Assembly: GCA_040902515.1 (NCBI GenBank)
Contig: JBBDXB010000006.1
Span: 268,280-332,279 of the forward strand
Reading direction: 5' to 3'
DNA from: Patescibacteria group bacterium
GTDB taxonomy: Bacteria > Patescibacteriota > SICC01
DNA: 64,000 bases
The position numbers and the translations under genes are program-made. Below the pieces are notes generated by a model that saw only the letters and a list, made by a program, of their open reading frames with translations, did no database searches and was not told the DNA's origin. Below, in pieces: positions 27,794-38,121 of this stretch (its first letter is position 1; each line of letters starts with the position of its first letter).

Positions 27794-28978
27794 CTATTCT
27801 ACGGCACCGGCGGGCGGTTCCGGAGTATCCGTCGCGGGCTTCGGTACCCGGACGTTGCCGAGCCCGAGCGCCCGGTAGTACGTGCCGAGCGTCTTCTGCG
27901 CCGTCCGTTCCCAGCTGAACCCCTTCGCCTGTTCATGTCCCGCTTCGACCAAGCGCTCCTGGAGCTTCTCGTCGCCAAGCACCCGTTCGATCGCCAGGCG
28001 CATTCCCTTCTCGTCGTCGGGGTCGAAGTAGAGCGCCGCCGTGCCGCCCACCTCCGGCATCGAGGAGGTATTCGAGGAGAGTACCGGGGTGCCGGAAGCC
28101 ATCGCCTCCAGCAGCGGGATGCCGAACCCCTCGAGGTGGGACGGGAACACGAACGCCTTCGCACCGGCGTAGAGCGACGGAAGCTCCTCGTCGGGAACGT
28201 AGCCGGTAAGGATTACCCGGTCACCCAGGCCAAGCTTCCGGAGCAGCTCCTCGGTCTCGTCGAAGAGCCAACCGTGGCCTCCCACCACCACCAACTGCTC
28301 GCGGACCTTCTTGCGAAGCGCCGCGAACGCCAGCAACAACGTCTTCAGGTTCTTGCGCGGCTCAAGCGTCCCCACGGTAAGGATGTAATCCCGGTCGATG
28401 CCGTGCTTCTTGAGGATCCGGGAAAGGCGGTCTGGCTCCACGGGCTCGTGGAAAGCCGGGCTCGCTGCCAGTGACGTGACAGCGATCTTCGTTTGCGGGA
28501 CCGAGAACGTTTCCACCAATGCCTCGCGAGTCGCTTCGGAAATCGCGATGATATGTGCGGCCCGCGCCAGTGCCTCCGGCACGAACCGTTCCAGATACCG
28601 CAGGTTCTTCGGTTCGACGTATTCCGGGTGCTCGACGAACGCCAGGTCATGGACCGTCACCACGAACGGCTTTCGGGTCGGCGGAGCCACGTAGTTGGTG
28701 AAGTGCCAGAGGTCGCAGGGCGGCCCGGGCAAATCCACCGTCGGCCAGCCGACCGTCTTCCAGACGAGCTGCCAGGCCCGGCGCTGCTTGCCGGTGAACG
28801 GGAAATTGTGCGCGTTCATCCCCGTGCCGGTGAGCGGCGTGCCCCACAGGTGATAGCGGTTGCCCCGGTCGAGCTGCAGCATCGCCCGGACGAGCTCGCG
28901 GATGTAGACGGCGGTCCCGCCCGAAGCCGTCCGCGATTCCAGCCACCGGGTATCGATGCCGAAGGTATAGGCGCTCAC
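27794..28978 (-). CDS. Glycosyltransferase family 4
   Basis: [35 protein letters not shown]. Confidence 0.8.
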   Translation of the reverse strand: MSAYTFGIDTRWLESRTASGGTAVYIRELVRAMLQLDRGNRYHLWGTPLTGTGMNAHNFPFTGKQRRAWQLVWKTVGWPTVDLPGPPCDLWHFTNYVAPPTRKPFVVTVHDLAFVEHPEYVEPKNLRYLERFVPEALARAAHIIAISEATREALVETFSVPQTKIAVTSLAASPAFHEPVEPDRLSRILKKHGIDRDYILTVGTLEPRKNLKTLLLAFAALRKKVREQLVVVGGHGWLFDETEELLRKLGLGDRVILTGYVPDEELPSLYAGAKAFVFPSHLEGFGIPLLEAMASGTPVLSSNTSSMPEVGGTAALYFDPDDEKGMRLAIERVLGDEKLQERLVEAGHEQAKGFSWERTAQKTLGTYYRALGLGNVRVPKPATDTPEPPAGAVE

Positions 28979-28982
28979 GGGA

Positions 28983-29954
28983 TCAACCGCCGGCTATGAG
29001 CTTGCGGTCCGCGTCTACCATCAGGCGGATCAGCTCTTCGAAGCTGGTCTTCGGCTTCCAGCCGAGCTCCTTCTCCGCCTTGGAGTAATCGCCGACCAGC
29101 TGGTCCACCTCCGCCGGCCGTAAGAACTTCTTGTTGAGCTTCACATACTTCTCCCAGTCGAGACCGGCCTGGTCGAACGCCACCTGCACGCACTCCTTCA
29201 CGGAGTGGGTCTCGCCGGTCGCGATCACGAAGTCCTCGGACCGGTCCTGCTGCAGCATCAGCCACATCGCCTCCACGTAGTCCTTGGCGTAGCCCCAGTC
29301 GCGCTCGGCGTCGAGGTTGCCGAGTTCGAGCGAATCGCGGACACCTTCCTTGATCGCGGCCGCGTGCCAGCTGATCTTCCGGGTCACGAACTCCAGGCCG
29401 CGCCGGGGACTCTCGTGGTTGAAGAGGATGCCGCTCGAAGCATGGAGGTCGTAGGACTCGCGATAATTCACGGTGATGAAGTGGCCGTACGCCTTGGCCA
29501 CTCCGTAGGGCGAACGAGGGTAGAACGGCGTCAGCTCGGTCTGCGGTATCTCGCGGACCTTGCCGAACATCTCGCTGGAAGAGGCCTGGTAGAACCGTAC
29601 CTCCGGACAGACCTCGCGGACCGCCTCGAGCAGGCGCGTCACGCCCACGCCGGTGAACTCGGCCGTGAGCACCGGCTGCGTCCAGGACGTGTGCACGAAC
29701 GACATCGCGGCGAGATTGTAGATCTCGTCGGGCTTGGCCTCGCGGAGCGTGTCGCCGAGCGACCGCTGGTCGAGCAAGTCGCCCTGATGCAGGGTGATCT
29801 TGTCCCGCAGGTGCTCGACCCGTTCCAGCTTCTCGGTCGAGGAACGGCGGACCATGCCATGGACCTCGTATCCCTTGTCGAGTAGCAGCTCGGCCAGATA
29901 CGAGCCGTCCTGGCCGGTAATGCCCGTGATTAATGCTCGTTTAGCTTTTGCCAT
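28983..29954 (-). CDS. gmd: GDP-mannose 4,6-dehydratase
   Basis: [33 protein letters not shown]... with the SDR catalytic YxxxK, typical of Gmd. Confidence 0.88.
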   Translation of the reverse strand: MAKAKRALITGITGQDGSYLAELLLDKGYEVHGMVRRSSTEKLERVEHLRDKITLHQGDLLDQRSLGDTLREAKPDEIYNLAAMSFVHTSWTQPVLTAEFTGVGVTRLLEAVREVCPEVRFYQASSSEMFGKVREIPQTELTPFYPRSPYGVAKAYGHFITVNYRESYDLHASSGILFNHESPRRGLEFVTRKISWHAAAIKEGVRDSLELGNLDAERDWGYAKDYVEAMWLMLQQDRSEDFVIATGETHSVKECVQVAFDQAGLDWEKYVKLNKKFLRPAEVDQLVGDYSKAEKELGWKPKTSFEELIRLMVDADRKLIAGG

Positions 29955-30885
29955 ACGTGTTCCGTGCGCTTTCCAATAGCTCCTTCAGGGTCTGTTCGAT
30001 CGGTATCGCCGGCTCCCAGCCGAGGGCCCGGAGCTTGGCCGCGTCACCCTCGACTCTCGGGGTGTCCGACGGCCGGAGGCGGTCTTCGTCAACGACGACA
30101 TTTATTGTAGCAGGTGACGTTTCCAGCATGGCTTCGAGCAAGTGCCCGATCGAGTGCGCTTCGCCGGACGCCACGTTGTACGCCTCGCCCGGTACGCCTC
30201 GCTCCATCAGGATCCGGTAGGCGTCCGCGACGTCCCGGACGTCGAGGAAGTCCCGGGCGGCGTCGAGATTGCCGACGCTGATCTCCCCGCTGCCGCGGGC
30301 CTCGATTTCCGCGATCTGCGTGGCGAAGTCGGGGAGCGCGAAGCCGCCGCGTTGGCCCGGCCCGGTGTGGTTGAACGAGCGGGCGATGATCACGGGGAGC
30401 CCCCGTTTGTCCCCGAACCAGCGGGCCAGCTCCTCGCAGCGGGCCTTGCTCTCGCCGTAGGGATCGTTCGGGTTGAGGTGTTCGGTCTCCGCGATCGGCT
30501 GGCGGTCCTCCGGAACGCCCCCGTACACGCCGCCCGAGCTGACCAGGAGGACCCGCGGCTTGGGATCAAGCGCGGCCGCGCCTTCGAGGACCGATCGCGT
30601 CGTCCCCACGTTGCCGGTGACGGCGGCGCCGGGATCTTCCCAGGAGTGGCCCGGAGACACCTCCGGCGCGGCAAGGTGGAAGATGCCTTCCGGTGCCGCG
30701 TCCAGGACCGCTTGCTGCGTCGCCGCTTCGTCGGCCAGGTCGCAGACGACCTCCGCCGCCCCCTCGATGCCGAGCGAGCCGGGCTTCCGCACCAGCCCGG
30801 TCACCTCATGCCCGTCCTTGAGCAGTCCCCGTACCAGGTGTTTCCCGGCGAAGCCGCCGGCACCGGTCACGAGGTACCGGCTCAT
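29941..30885 (-). CDS. NAD-dependent epimerase/dehydratase; probable GDP-4-keto-6-deoxy-D-mannose reductase (Rmd-like)
   Basis: [13 protein letters not shown] Rossmann motif. Overlaps gmd by 14 nt. Functional assignment is by context. Confidence 0.6.
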   Translation of the reverse strand: MSRYLVTGAGGFAGKHLVRGLLKDGHEVTGLVRKPGSLGIEGAAEVVCDLADEAATQQAVLDAAPEGIFHLAAPEVSPGHSWEDPGAAVTGNVGTTRSVLEGAAALDPKPRVLLVSSGGVYGGVPEDRQPIAETEHLNPNDPYGESKARCEELARWFGDKRGLPVIIARSFNHTGPGQRGGFALPDFATQIAEIEARGSGEISVGNLDAARDFLDVRDVADAYRILMERGVPGEAYNVASGEAHSIGHLLEAMLETSPATINVVVDEDRLRPSDTPRVEGDAAKLRALGWEPAIPIEQTLKELLESARNTYGKS

Positions 30886-32006
30886 CGGGATCCTCCGAGC
30901 ACGTCACGATAGACGGCCACCGTCTCCTTGGCCGTCCGCCGCCAGGAGAACTTCCGTGCCCGCTGCCGGCCGGCCGCGGCCAGCTCTTTCCGGAGCTTCG
31001 GTTCGTCGGTGATCCGGACCAGAGCCTTGCTAAGCGCCGCCGTATTCTCCGGATCAACCGCCAGCGCAGCATCGCCGTATACCTCCGGCATCGACGAGGT
31101 ATTTGAAGTCACGACCGGCGTACCTGACGCCATCGCTTCCAGGATCGGAATCCCGAATCCCTCGTAGTGCGAAGGGAAGACGAAGGCCTCGGCACCCTGG
31201 TAGAGCGCCGGCAGGTCCGGGTCGGGCACGTAGCCGAGGAACGTGACCCGGTCCGTGATGCCGAGCTCGCCGATCAGCCGTTTGGTCTCGTCGAAGTACC
31301 AGCCCTGGCCGCCCGCGATCGCCAGCCGGAGGTCCAGGCGGTCCTTTTGCGCAGCATACGCCTTGAACAGGGTCGCCAGGTTCTTCCGTGGCTCGAGGTT
31401 GCCGACCGCCAGGAAGTACGGGTCCCGCAGCTTGTAGCGGCGTAGCACCTTCCCCCGGTCGGCCGCGGAAAGGCGCCTCGAGAACCGCTCGTCCGCGGCA
31501 AGGTGGGTGACGACGATCTTGTCTTCCGGCGTGCCGTATTGTTCGATCACCGCCCGTTTCGTGGCCTCGGAGATCGCGAGCACCCGCTCGGCACCGGCGA
31601 TCGTCTCCGGCAGGTACTTCCGGAGCCGCTTCAGCGTTTCGGCCTCCGTGTACTCCGGATACCGCTCGAACGCCAGGTCGTAGACGGTCGTGACGTACGG
31701 CCGGCGGGTCGGCATGGTCGAGTAGTTCGGGAAGTGCCAGAGGTCGGGATCGGGACCGAGCGTCCGCGGGGACGGCCAGCGCAGGAAGTGCCAGTAGTTC
31801 TCCATGCCCCACTGGAAGTAGCCGCTGAACGGGTGGTGGACCGTGCCTTTGATCATCCGCGGCGGCTTGGTGCCAAAGAGGTGGTACGCCAGGCCGGGAT
31901 CGGCCTCCGGCAGCGCGCCGATCAAGCCCACCAGGTACTTGGCCACGCCGCTGTGCAGGCCGGCGAGCCAGCGGGTGTCGATGGCGATCGTGGGCTTGTC
32001 GCTCAT
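30882..32006 (-). CDS. Glycosyltransferase family 4
   Basis: [35 protein letters not shown]. Confidence 0.8.
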   Translation of the reverse strand: MSDKPTIAIDTRWLAGLHSGVAKYLVGLIGALPEADPGLAYHLFGTKPPRMIKGTVHHPFSGYFQWGMENYWHFLRWPSPRTLGPDPDLWHFPNYSTMPTRRPYVTTVYDLAFERYPEYTEAETLKRLRKYLPETIAGAERVLAISEATKRAVIEQYGTPEDKIVVTHLAADERFSRRLSAADRGKVLRRYKLRDPYFLAVGNLEPRKNLATLFKAYAAQKDRLDLRLAIAGGQGWYFDETKRLIGELGITDRVTFLGYVPDPDLPALYQGAEAFVFPSHYEGFGIPILEAMASGTPVVTSNTSSMPEVYGDAALAVDPENTAALSKALVRITDEPKLRKELAAAGRQRARKFSWRRTAKETVAVYRDVLGGSR

Positions 32007-32827
32007 CGGCGGATTGCACGAATCATTGCCGTACTGCCAAGCATGTTGCTGACCGGCTTCCGCGCGTCCAGCTCATACACGAAGCCGGCCTCGTCGAGAA
32101 TCTGCAATAGCTCGGCAAGGCTGTTTTCTTCCACGTGATGGAACTCCAGTAGGATCGTTCGCACCTGCTTGAGCTTCGCCTTGGCTGCCCGAAGCACCCG
32201 GACTTCGCTACCTTCTATATCTACCTTGAGAATGTCCGCAGGTTGTTTCAAGACCGACGCCAGCGTGGTGGCCGGGATCTGCTGCGAGCGGATCGAACCT
32301 TTCGGCCCCAGCTTCTTGCGAAACGTCCGGTTGATCGACTGGGTGGTGTCGCCTGCGAAGTCCGGGTCGCCGTACAGCGTGACGGTTCCCGCCTTATCGG
32401 AGAGCGCCTTGCGGATAATCGTGGCGTCCTCGAAGCCGTTCGTGCGGAGGTTGTCCTCAAGGTACGTGGCGGTATTGCTGTCAGGTTCGATGCAAACGAT
32501 TGAGGCCTTCGGATTCTGGCGAAGCAGGTACAGTGCGGCCAGACCGATGTTGGCACCCGCATCCACGATCCGTGGCGAGCGACCCTTGGCGCGCGCGCGA
32601 TAATCGTTGGTCAGCAGTACCTCGCTGTACAGATGCCTGAGCAGCCAGAGCGAGGGGTAATACACCCGGAACCCGAACAGCTTGAGTGGTCGCTTGCGGC
32701 GCGGCCATACGGTGAGCCAAAACAGGACTTTCAGATATCCGCGGTAGAGCAGCCATCGGTCCGGGTTGCTACGGTCAGACAAGAAACGGGCGTAGTGCCA
32801 GGTGGTGGTGATTGCTCGATATGCCAT
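32003..32827 (-). CDS. FkbM family methyltransferase
   Basis: IVDAGANIGLAALY SAM-binding motif and overall FkbM-family pattern. Confidence 0.7.
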   Translation of the reverse strand: MAYRAITTTWHYARFLSDRSNPDRWLLYRGYLKVLFWLTVWPRRKRPLKLFGFRVYYPSLWLLRHLYSEVLLTNDYRARAKGRSPRIVDAGANIGLAALYLLRQNPKASIVCIEPDSNTATYLEDNLRTNGFEDATIIRKALSDKAGTVTLYGDPDFAGDTTQSINRTFRKKLGPKGSIRSQQIPATTLASVLKQPADILKVDIEGSEVRVLRAAKAKLKQVRTILLEFHHVEENSLAELLQILDEAGFVYELDARKPVSNMLGSTAMIRAIRR

Positions 32828-32841
32828 TGCTCAAGGATACC

Positions 32842-34281
32842 TTACGTTTTAGACACCCGCTTCCGCAGCATGCCGACGAGCTCTTTCAACGTATCCTTGT
32901 CCACTGCCCGGAACAGAACCAGCCCGCCGAGATACGTCGTCGAGCCAGCCAGGAATGCCAGGAGGGGAAGGTGCATGAGCGGCAGCATCACCGCGACCAT
33001 CACGACGGCCGCCGCCACTGCCCGCAGGGGAATGGCCGGGGACAGGGAGAAGCCGGCCAGCTTCCGCGTGTACCGATAATAGAAGGTGATCAGGAAGACC
33101 TCGGAGATAAGCGTGGCCACGGCGGCTCCGATGAACCCGTAAGGCGGGATCAGGAACAGGTTGAGCACGATGTTCAGCACCAGGCTGTACGTGCTGATCC
33201 GCAGCATCACCTTTTGCTTGCCGAGGGCGAGCAGCAATGAGCCGAGGGCGAGGACGCTGAACGTGAACGGCATGGTCAGCAGCACGACCCGTAGCGCGTC
33301 CGATCCGGCTACGAATTCCTGGCCGCCGACGATCCGCATGACGAAGGGGGCGATGGTCAGCGAGCCAGCCGCGATACCGAGTCCGCCGATGAAAAGGATG
33401 TTGAAGCTCTTCTGGGTGAATGCCCGGGCCTTGGCGGAACTCTCCTTGAGCCGCCGGTTAAGGATCGGGAACGTCGAGTTGTTGAAGAACCCGGAAAAGA
33501 CCATGAGCAGTTCGAATACTTTGAAGACCGCGCCATAGATGCCGACATCCGCATTGGTCTTGAAGAAGGACAGCAGCAGGATGTCGACCCGGAAGTATAG
33601 CTGTACGACCACGAGCGTCAGTCCGTAGGGCAACGCTTCCCTGAGCAATCCTTTCCAGAGGATCAGGTCTTTCATCGGCTTGACCCGGACGTACCTCCGG
33701 ACGAGCCAGGTCGATACCAGGAACGTCACGAAAGCGCCGAGGGACGCGGTCGCGACCACGGCATAAAAACCAAGGCCGAGTGCCGCCACCGCTATGACGG
33801 CGCCCAGCGCGATGGCTCGACCTGCTAAGTCGGCGATCGCGGCATACCCCATTACCAAACGCGACTGGAAGACGGCCATCATCGCCGAGTTGAGCAGGCC
33901 GAAGAGATGCGCACCGCCGGCGATTATGATGCCGATCCGAACATCGGGTTCATACGGCAACAGCCAGGAGACACCTATGGCAATCAGCAACACGATGACA
34001 CCAAGGAGCCCGCGGAGTGCCAGGGTATTGGAAAAGATCTCCTGCGTGCGGCGGAGATTCTTGCTCATTTCACGGATAGAGATCGTGAACAGCCCCATGT
34101 CCGCGGCAATACCGAAAATCGAGAGGTAGACGAGGACTAGCGTAAACTTGCCGTAACCCTCCGCCCCGAGGTACCGGGTCAGGATGGCCACGGACACAAG
34201 GCCCATCACGATCACGAACGTCTTCGCGATCGACTGCACCAACGTGTTCAGTGCTATTTTCTTCGTAGCGCTTTGGTTCAT
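32842..34281 (-). CDS. Polysaccharide/O-antigen flippase (Wzx, MOP superfamily)
   Basis: 479-aa protein with about 12-14 TM segments and an N-terminus (ALNTLVQSIAKTFVIVMGLVSVAILTRYLGAEGYG) typical of Wzx/polysaccharide biosynthesis proteins. Confidence 0.75.
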   Translation of the reverse strand: MNQSATKKIALNTLVQSIAKTFVIVMGLVSVAILTRYLGAEGYGKFTLVLVYLSIFGIAADMGLFTISIREMSKNLRRTQEIFSNTLALRGLLGVIVLLIAIGVSWLLPYEPDVRIGIIIAGGAHLFGLLNSAMMAVFQSRLVMGYAAIADLAGRAIALGAVIAVAALGLGFYAVVATASLGAFVTFLVSTWLVRRYVRVKPMKDLILWKGLLREALPYGLTLVVVQLYFRVDILLLSFFKTNADVGIYGAVFKVFELLMVFSGFFNNSTFPILNRRLKESSAKARAFTQKSFNILFIGGLGIAAGSLTIAPFVMRIVGGQEFVAGSDALRVVLLTMPFTFSVLALGSLLLALGKQKVMLRISTYSLVLNIVLNLFLIPPYGFIGAAVATLISEVFLITFYYRYTRKLAGFSLSPAIPLRAVAAAVVMVAVMLPLMHLPLLAFLAGSTTYLGGLVLFRAVDKDTLKELVGMLRKRVSKT

Positions 34282-34339
34282 GCAGAATTCATTGTATGCA
34301 ATGAAGCAACGAACCGATATCTGCTAGGATAGTTTCGTT

Positions 34340-34552
34340 ATGAGCGATCAGCTGAAAACTCTCACCGGTTCCATCGCCCTCGGCATCCTGGTCGTCCCCT
34401 CGACCGCGCATGCCTACATCGACCCGGGAACGGGCAGCGTGATCATCCAGGCGATCATCGGTGGCGTAGTAGCGGTAGGGTTCTTCCTGAAGACCAACTG
34501 GCTGCGGGTGAAGCAGCTGGTACGGCGCGTATCCGGCGGGAAGAAGAAGTAG
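34340..34552 (+). CDS. Small membrane protein (hypothetical)
   Basis: 70 aa, with a signal/TM segment and a second hydrophobic helix. Ends 8 nt before the sulfatase-like gene. Confidence 0.4.
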   Translation: MSDQLKTLTGSIALGILVVPSTAHAYIDPGTGSVIIQAIIGGVVAVGFFLKTNWLRVKQLVRRVSGGKKK

Positions 34553-34559
34553 CACTTCC

Positions 34560-36169
34560 ATGAATGCCAAGAAGCTCGCAGGAATATCCCGCCGGTTCTT
34601 CGAGGTGCTTTCCTCCGAAGCCATGGTGACATCCGCGGTTCTTGCGAGCTTCTACGCATTGCCGATCATTCTCTTCACTAAGAAGAACATCCATTCCATG
34701 CCGATCTCGGAAGCGGTCGCGCTCTTGGTGGCTTCGTTGCTGTTGGGCCTGGCCGTGGTCGCGGTGTGCTTCCTGCTCTTGCGGAGCTGGATGAAAGCCG
34801 CGATCTTGGCGGCAGTCTTAGCCTTTCCCCTCCTGCAGTATCTCGATCTCAAGGGGTGGGTCACCTCTGCGCTGCCGATCGGGGATGCTGTCGCGGTCGG
34901 CCTTTTGTTCCTAGTTCTACCTGCCGGTGCATTCCTGCTGGTTAAACGGCTGGGATTCGAGCGGACCCGGATGCTGGCAAGCTACTTGGCGATCGTCGGC
35001 CCACTGATCGCAGCGTACTCCCTGGCCCAGATCTCGATTTCCTTGGTCAATAATTCCGGGACGACCGTGACGGTCGATAGCGAAGACCTGCGGAGTACCG
35101 CGGTGAAGCCGCCCGAACGGAAACCGGACATCTACTATCTGGTGTTTGACCGGTACGAAGGGCAGATCGGACTCAAGGAAAGCTTCGACTTCGACAATAG
35201 CGAGTTCCTGGATGAGCTTCGTTCCCTGGGATTCTACGTGGCCGATCAGAGTTTCAGCAATTACCCGACGACCCGACCATCGTTAGCCTCCTCCCTCAAT
35301 GGCGGCGAATTAGTGGTGCATGGTTCGGAGCACATAAAATCAGCCAAGCCGCTCAACCCACTGTTTTACGAACCTGCGGTCGCCGCGTTCCTGAAAGACA
35401 AGCTCGATTACTCGTTCGCTGAGATCGGGTCTTGGGGACCGGACACGCAAACATCCCGGATCGCGGACCGGAATCCGCGGCCGGCCTGGCAGATCGACTT
35501 CTTCGGAGAGCATCACCTTCCGTACTATTCCGGGATCTTTCTGGTAGGCACCGCGCCGGGGAACGCGTACGACCGGTATGGCGGGACTAACTTCTCCCAG
35601 TACCAATCCCACGGCGACATCTTCCTGGACCAATTGGATGCGATCAGACAGCAAGCGAAGCATGACGAACCCACGTTCGTCTTCAGCCATCTCCTGATGC
35701 CGCATCCACCGTTGGTGTTCGACGAGCGGGGAGGCCCGAGCGACTCCGGTCTCCGAATGATCAGCGGTTCCTGAAACAGCTTCAGTTCACTAACAACCAC
35801 ATACTTGCCCTGGTCAGGGACCTGCTCGCCCAGCACAAGGATGATCCCCCTATTATCATCCTCGCGGCAGATGAGGGAGAGTACGAAAAACTCGGAGAGG
35901 ATCAGGATTTATCTAATTTTTCAGCCGGAGCCAGCGACCAGGCGCTCAGGAAGAAAACAAACATCCTGGCAGCGTTCCGTTTTCCCGGAGAGCGACATGA
36001 AGACCTTTATCCGACGATCACGCCAGTCAACTTCTTCCGGGTAACGTTCAACGAATTCTTCGGAACTGACCTGGAGCTCCAGCCGGATCAAATCCGTACG
36101 GTACGGTCGAGCGACATGCCTCTGGGCTGGGTAGATGTCACCGAACGCGTGCGGCAAGACTCAAAGTAA
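34560..36169 (+). pseudogene. LtaS/sulfatase-like (alkaline phosphatase superfamily) membrane protein, frameshifted near 35.73-35.77 kb
   Basis: Frame 1 (34560..35774) gives five TM segments plus PDIYYLVFDRYEG...FVFSHLLMPHPP. The protein then continues only in another frame as NDQRFLKQLQFTNNHILALVRDLLAQHKDDPPIIILAADEGEY...RVRQDSK*, ending at 36169. This indicates an indel. Confidence 0.6.
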
Positions 36170-36182
36170 CTAACCGGATCGG

Positions 36183-37589
36183 CTAAGCGACATGCGCGCG
36201 CCGCGACAGCAACGCGCTCAGCAGCACCGCCCCCAGCAGTAGTCCCGGCACCTGGCTCCAGAAGAAGTGGTCGGCGGCGGCCATCAGCACGAAGGCGCCG
36301 GTGACGGAGAGCAGCATGAATTCGATGGAGCGCTCGCGGCGGTTCCGCGACGAACTGCGGTGGAAGCGCCTACCGAGCCGTGCCGCGAACCATGCCAACA
36401 GTGCCCCGCCGAGCAGGCCGAGCTCCGCGGTCGCGAGCAGCGGCACGTTATGCACGGGCTGGTACTGGTACGCCGGCCGGCCGGCATCGAGCAGGTGTGC
36501 CACCGGGACGAAGTTGCCGATGCCCGCGCCGTGCGGCTGGGTGGTGATCACCAGGGCCGCCTGGCGGTAGCCGACGGCGCGGTTGGTGATGCCGGTCTCG
36601 TCCCGCGACTCGAGGCTGGTGCGCTGCATCAGTGCCGGGGCCAGCACGAGCGCGACCGCGAGCGTCGCGGCGGCGGCGATTCCGGCGGCGGGCGGCAGCC
36701 ACTGCCAGCGCCGCCAGGAAAAGAGCGCGACCAGCACGCCGCCCACCAGCGTGGCGATGATCGCCACCCGGGAGAACGTCACGAGCAGTCCCGCCCCGAG
36801 CAGGGCCAGGAGCAGCGCGAAGCCGAGCTGCCGCAACCGCGACCGTTCGCCGTTCTTCCAGAAGACGACCGTGCCGACCCAGAACGCGGCCAGGGACAGG
36901 TAGGCGGCCAGCACGTTCGGGTGCGGAAGACTGCCGTAGGCGCGGACCAGCGGCCCCTCGATCGTCGCGACCTTGGCGATGCCCGCCTTGTCCGGCGCCA
37001 GGCCGCTCTCGCCGAGCCGCCAAAGGCCGAAGTCATGTTGTGCCGCGTACTGCGCGATGCCCCAGACGGCCTGGAGCGCGGCGGCCGCGGTGAACGTCCA
37101 GAACACCGCCCGCAGGAACGCGCGGTCCCGGAGCTCGTACGCCAGCATGGCCGCCAGGGAGAACGCGACGGCGAGGTGGATGGCCCCTACCCCCGCCAGC
37201 AACGGCTCCGGCGCCCAAAGGATGGAAGCGGCCGCCAGCACTACCAGCCCGAGAAGCGGGGCTAGTAGGGAAGCGTTCTGCCGCAGCACCCTCCGGTGCC
37301 GGGCGTCCCGGAGTCGGAGGGCGCTCCATGCCGCGGCCGTCACCAGCACCAGCCCCTCGATCAGGTAAAAGACCGGCACGGCGAAGCTGTTCCGCGCTCC
37401 CGCGACCGTGGCGTTTGCCTCGGAGATGATCCAGACGCTTCCGACGGGAAGCAGGAAGACGGTGAGCAGCAAGAGCCCGCGGACCCACCGGTCCGACGTG
37501 CGTTCGCCCAAGCGCATCCAAGCAGCCTTCATGAGCCCATTGTAGAGGAGGTGGCGCACTACAGGCTCCCGGCTTCTTGCCAGAAGCAC
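36183..37589 (-). CDS. O-antigen ligase/polymerase-like (Wzy_C domain) membrane protein
   Basis: Polytopic, with TFSRVAIIATLVGGVL and a periplasmic loop. Confidence 0.6.
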   Translation of the reverse strand: MLLARSREPVVRHLLYNGLMKAAWMRLGERTSDRWVRGLLLLTVFLLPVGSVWIISEANATVAGARNSFAVPVFYLIEGLVLVTAAAWSALRLRDARHRRVLRQNASLLAPLLGLVVLAAASILWAPEPLLAGVGAIHLAVAFSLAAMLAYELRDRAFLRAVFWTFTAAAALQAVWGIAQYAAQHDFGLWRLGESGLAPDKAGIAKVATIEGPLVRAYGSLPHPNVLAAYLSLAAFWVGTVVFWKNGERSRLRQLGFALLLALLGAGLLVTFSRVAIIATLVGGVLVALFSWRRWQWLPPAAGIAAAATLAVALVLAPALMQRTSLESRDETGITNRAVGYRQAALVITTQPHGAGIGNFVPVAHLLDAGRPAYQYQPVHNVPLLATAELGLLGGALLAWFAARLGRRFHRSSSRNRRERSIEFMLLSVTGAFVLMAAADHFFWSQVPGLLLGAVLLSALLSRRAHVA

Positions 37590-37665
37590 TATGTGACTGG
37601 GCTCAAGGACATGGTGGGAAGTGGTGTAGCTTTGGGGGTGCTTCGGTAAGAAGTCGGGAGCCTGT

Positions 37666-38121
37666 TTACTGCTCGACCTTCTTGATCATCACCCGCCGGC
37701 CACCGCCTTCGCCGATCGATTCGGTGGTCACCTCGGGATCGTCCCGCAGCTCCACGTGCACCAGCCGCCGCTCGTACGAGGTCATCGGTGAGAGCACGGT
37801 CAGCCGGCCAGTCTGTTTCACCTCTTCCGCCTTCTGCTTGGCGGTCTCCTTGAGCTGCTCCTGCTGGCGGCTGCGGTAGCCGTCCACGTCCACGATCGCG
37901 GTCGGCGAGCCGCCGGCGCGTGCGACCATCACCCGCAGCACGTGCTGGAGCGAACGGATCGCTTCGCCGCGGTGGCCGATCAGCGTCGCCGGATCCTCGA
38001 CGTCGACGATCTCCAGCAGCGGCGGGTCGTCCTCGCGCTGCTCGACCGTGGCATCTATCCCCATCTTCGCCAGGAGTTCGGCGAGCAGCTCACGGGGTTG
38101 GGTGAGGGTCTGCGTCGTCAT
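37666..38121 (-). CDS. jag: Jag/KhpB-like RNA-binding protein (KH plus R3H)
   Basis: 151 aa; lies downstream of yidC and overlaps it by 4 nt. C-terminal R3H-like ERRLVHVEL. Confidence 0.7.
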   Translation of the reverse strand: MTTQTLTQPRELLAELLAKMGIDATVEQREDDPPLLEIVDVEDPATLIGHRGEAIRSLQHVLRVMVARAGGSPTAIVDVDGYRSRQQEQLKETAKQKAEEVKQTGRLTVLSPMTSYERRLVHVELRDDPEVTTESIGEGGGRRVMIKKVEQ

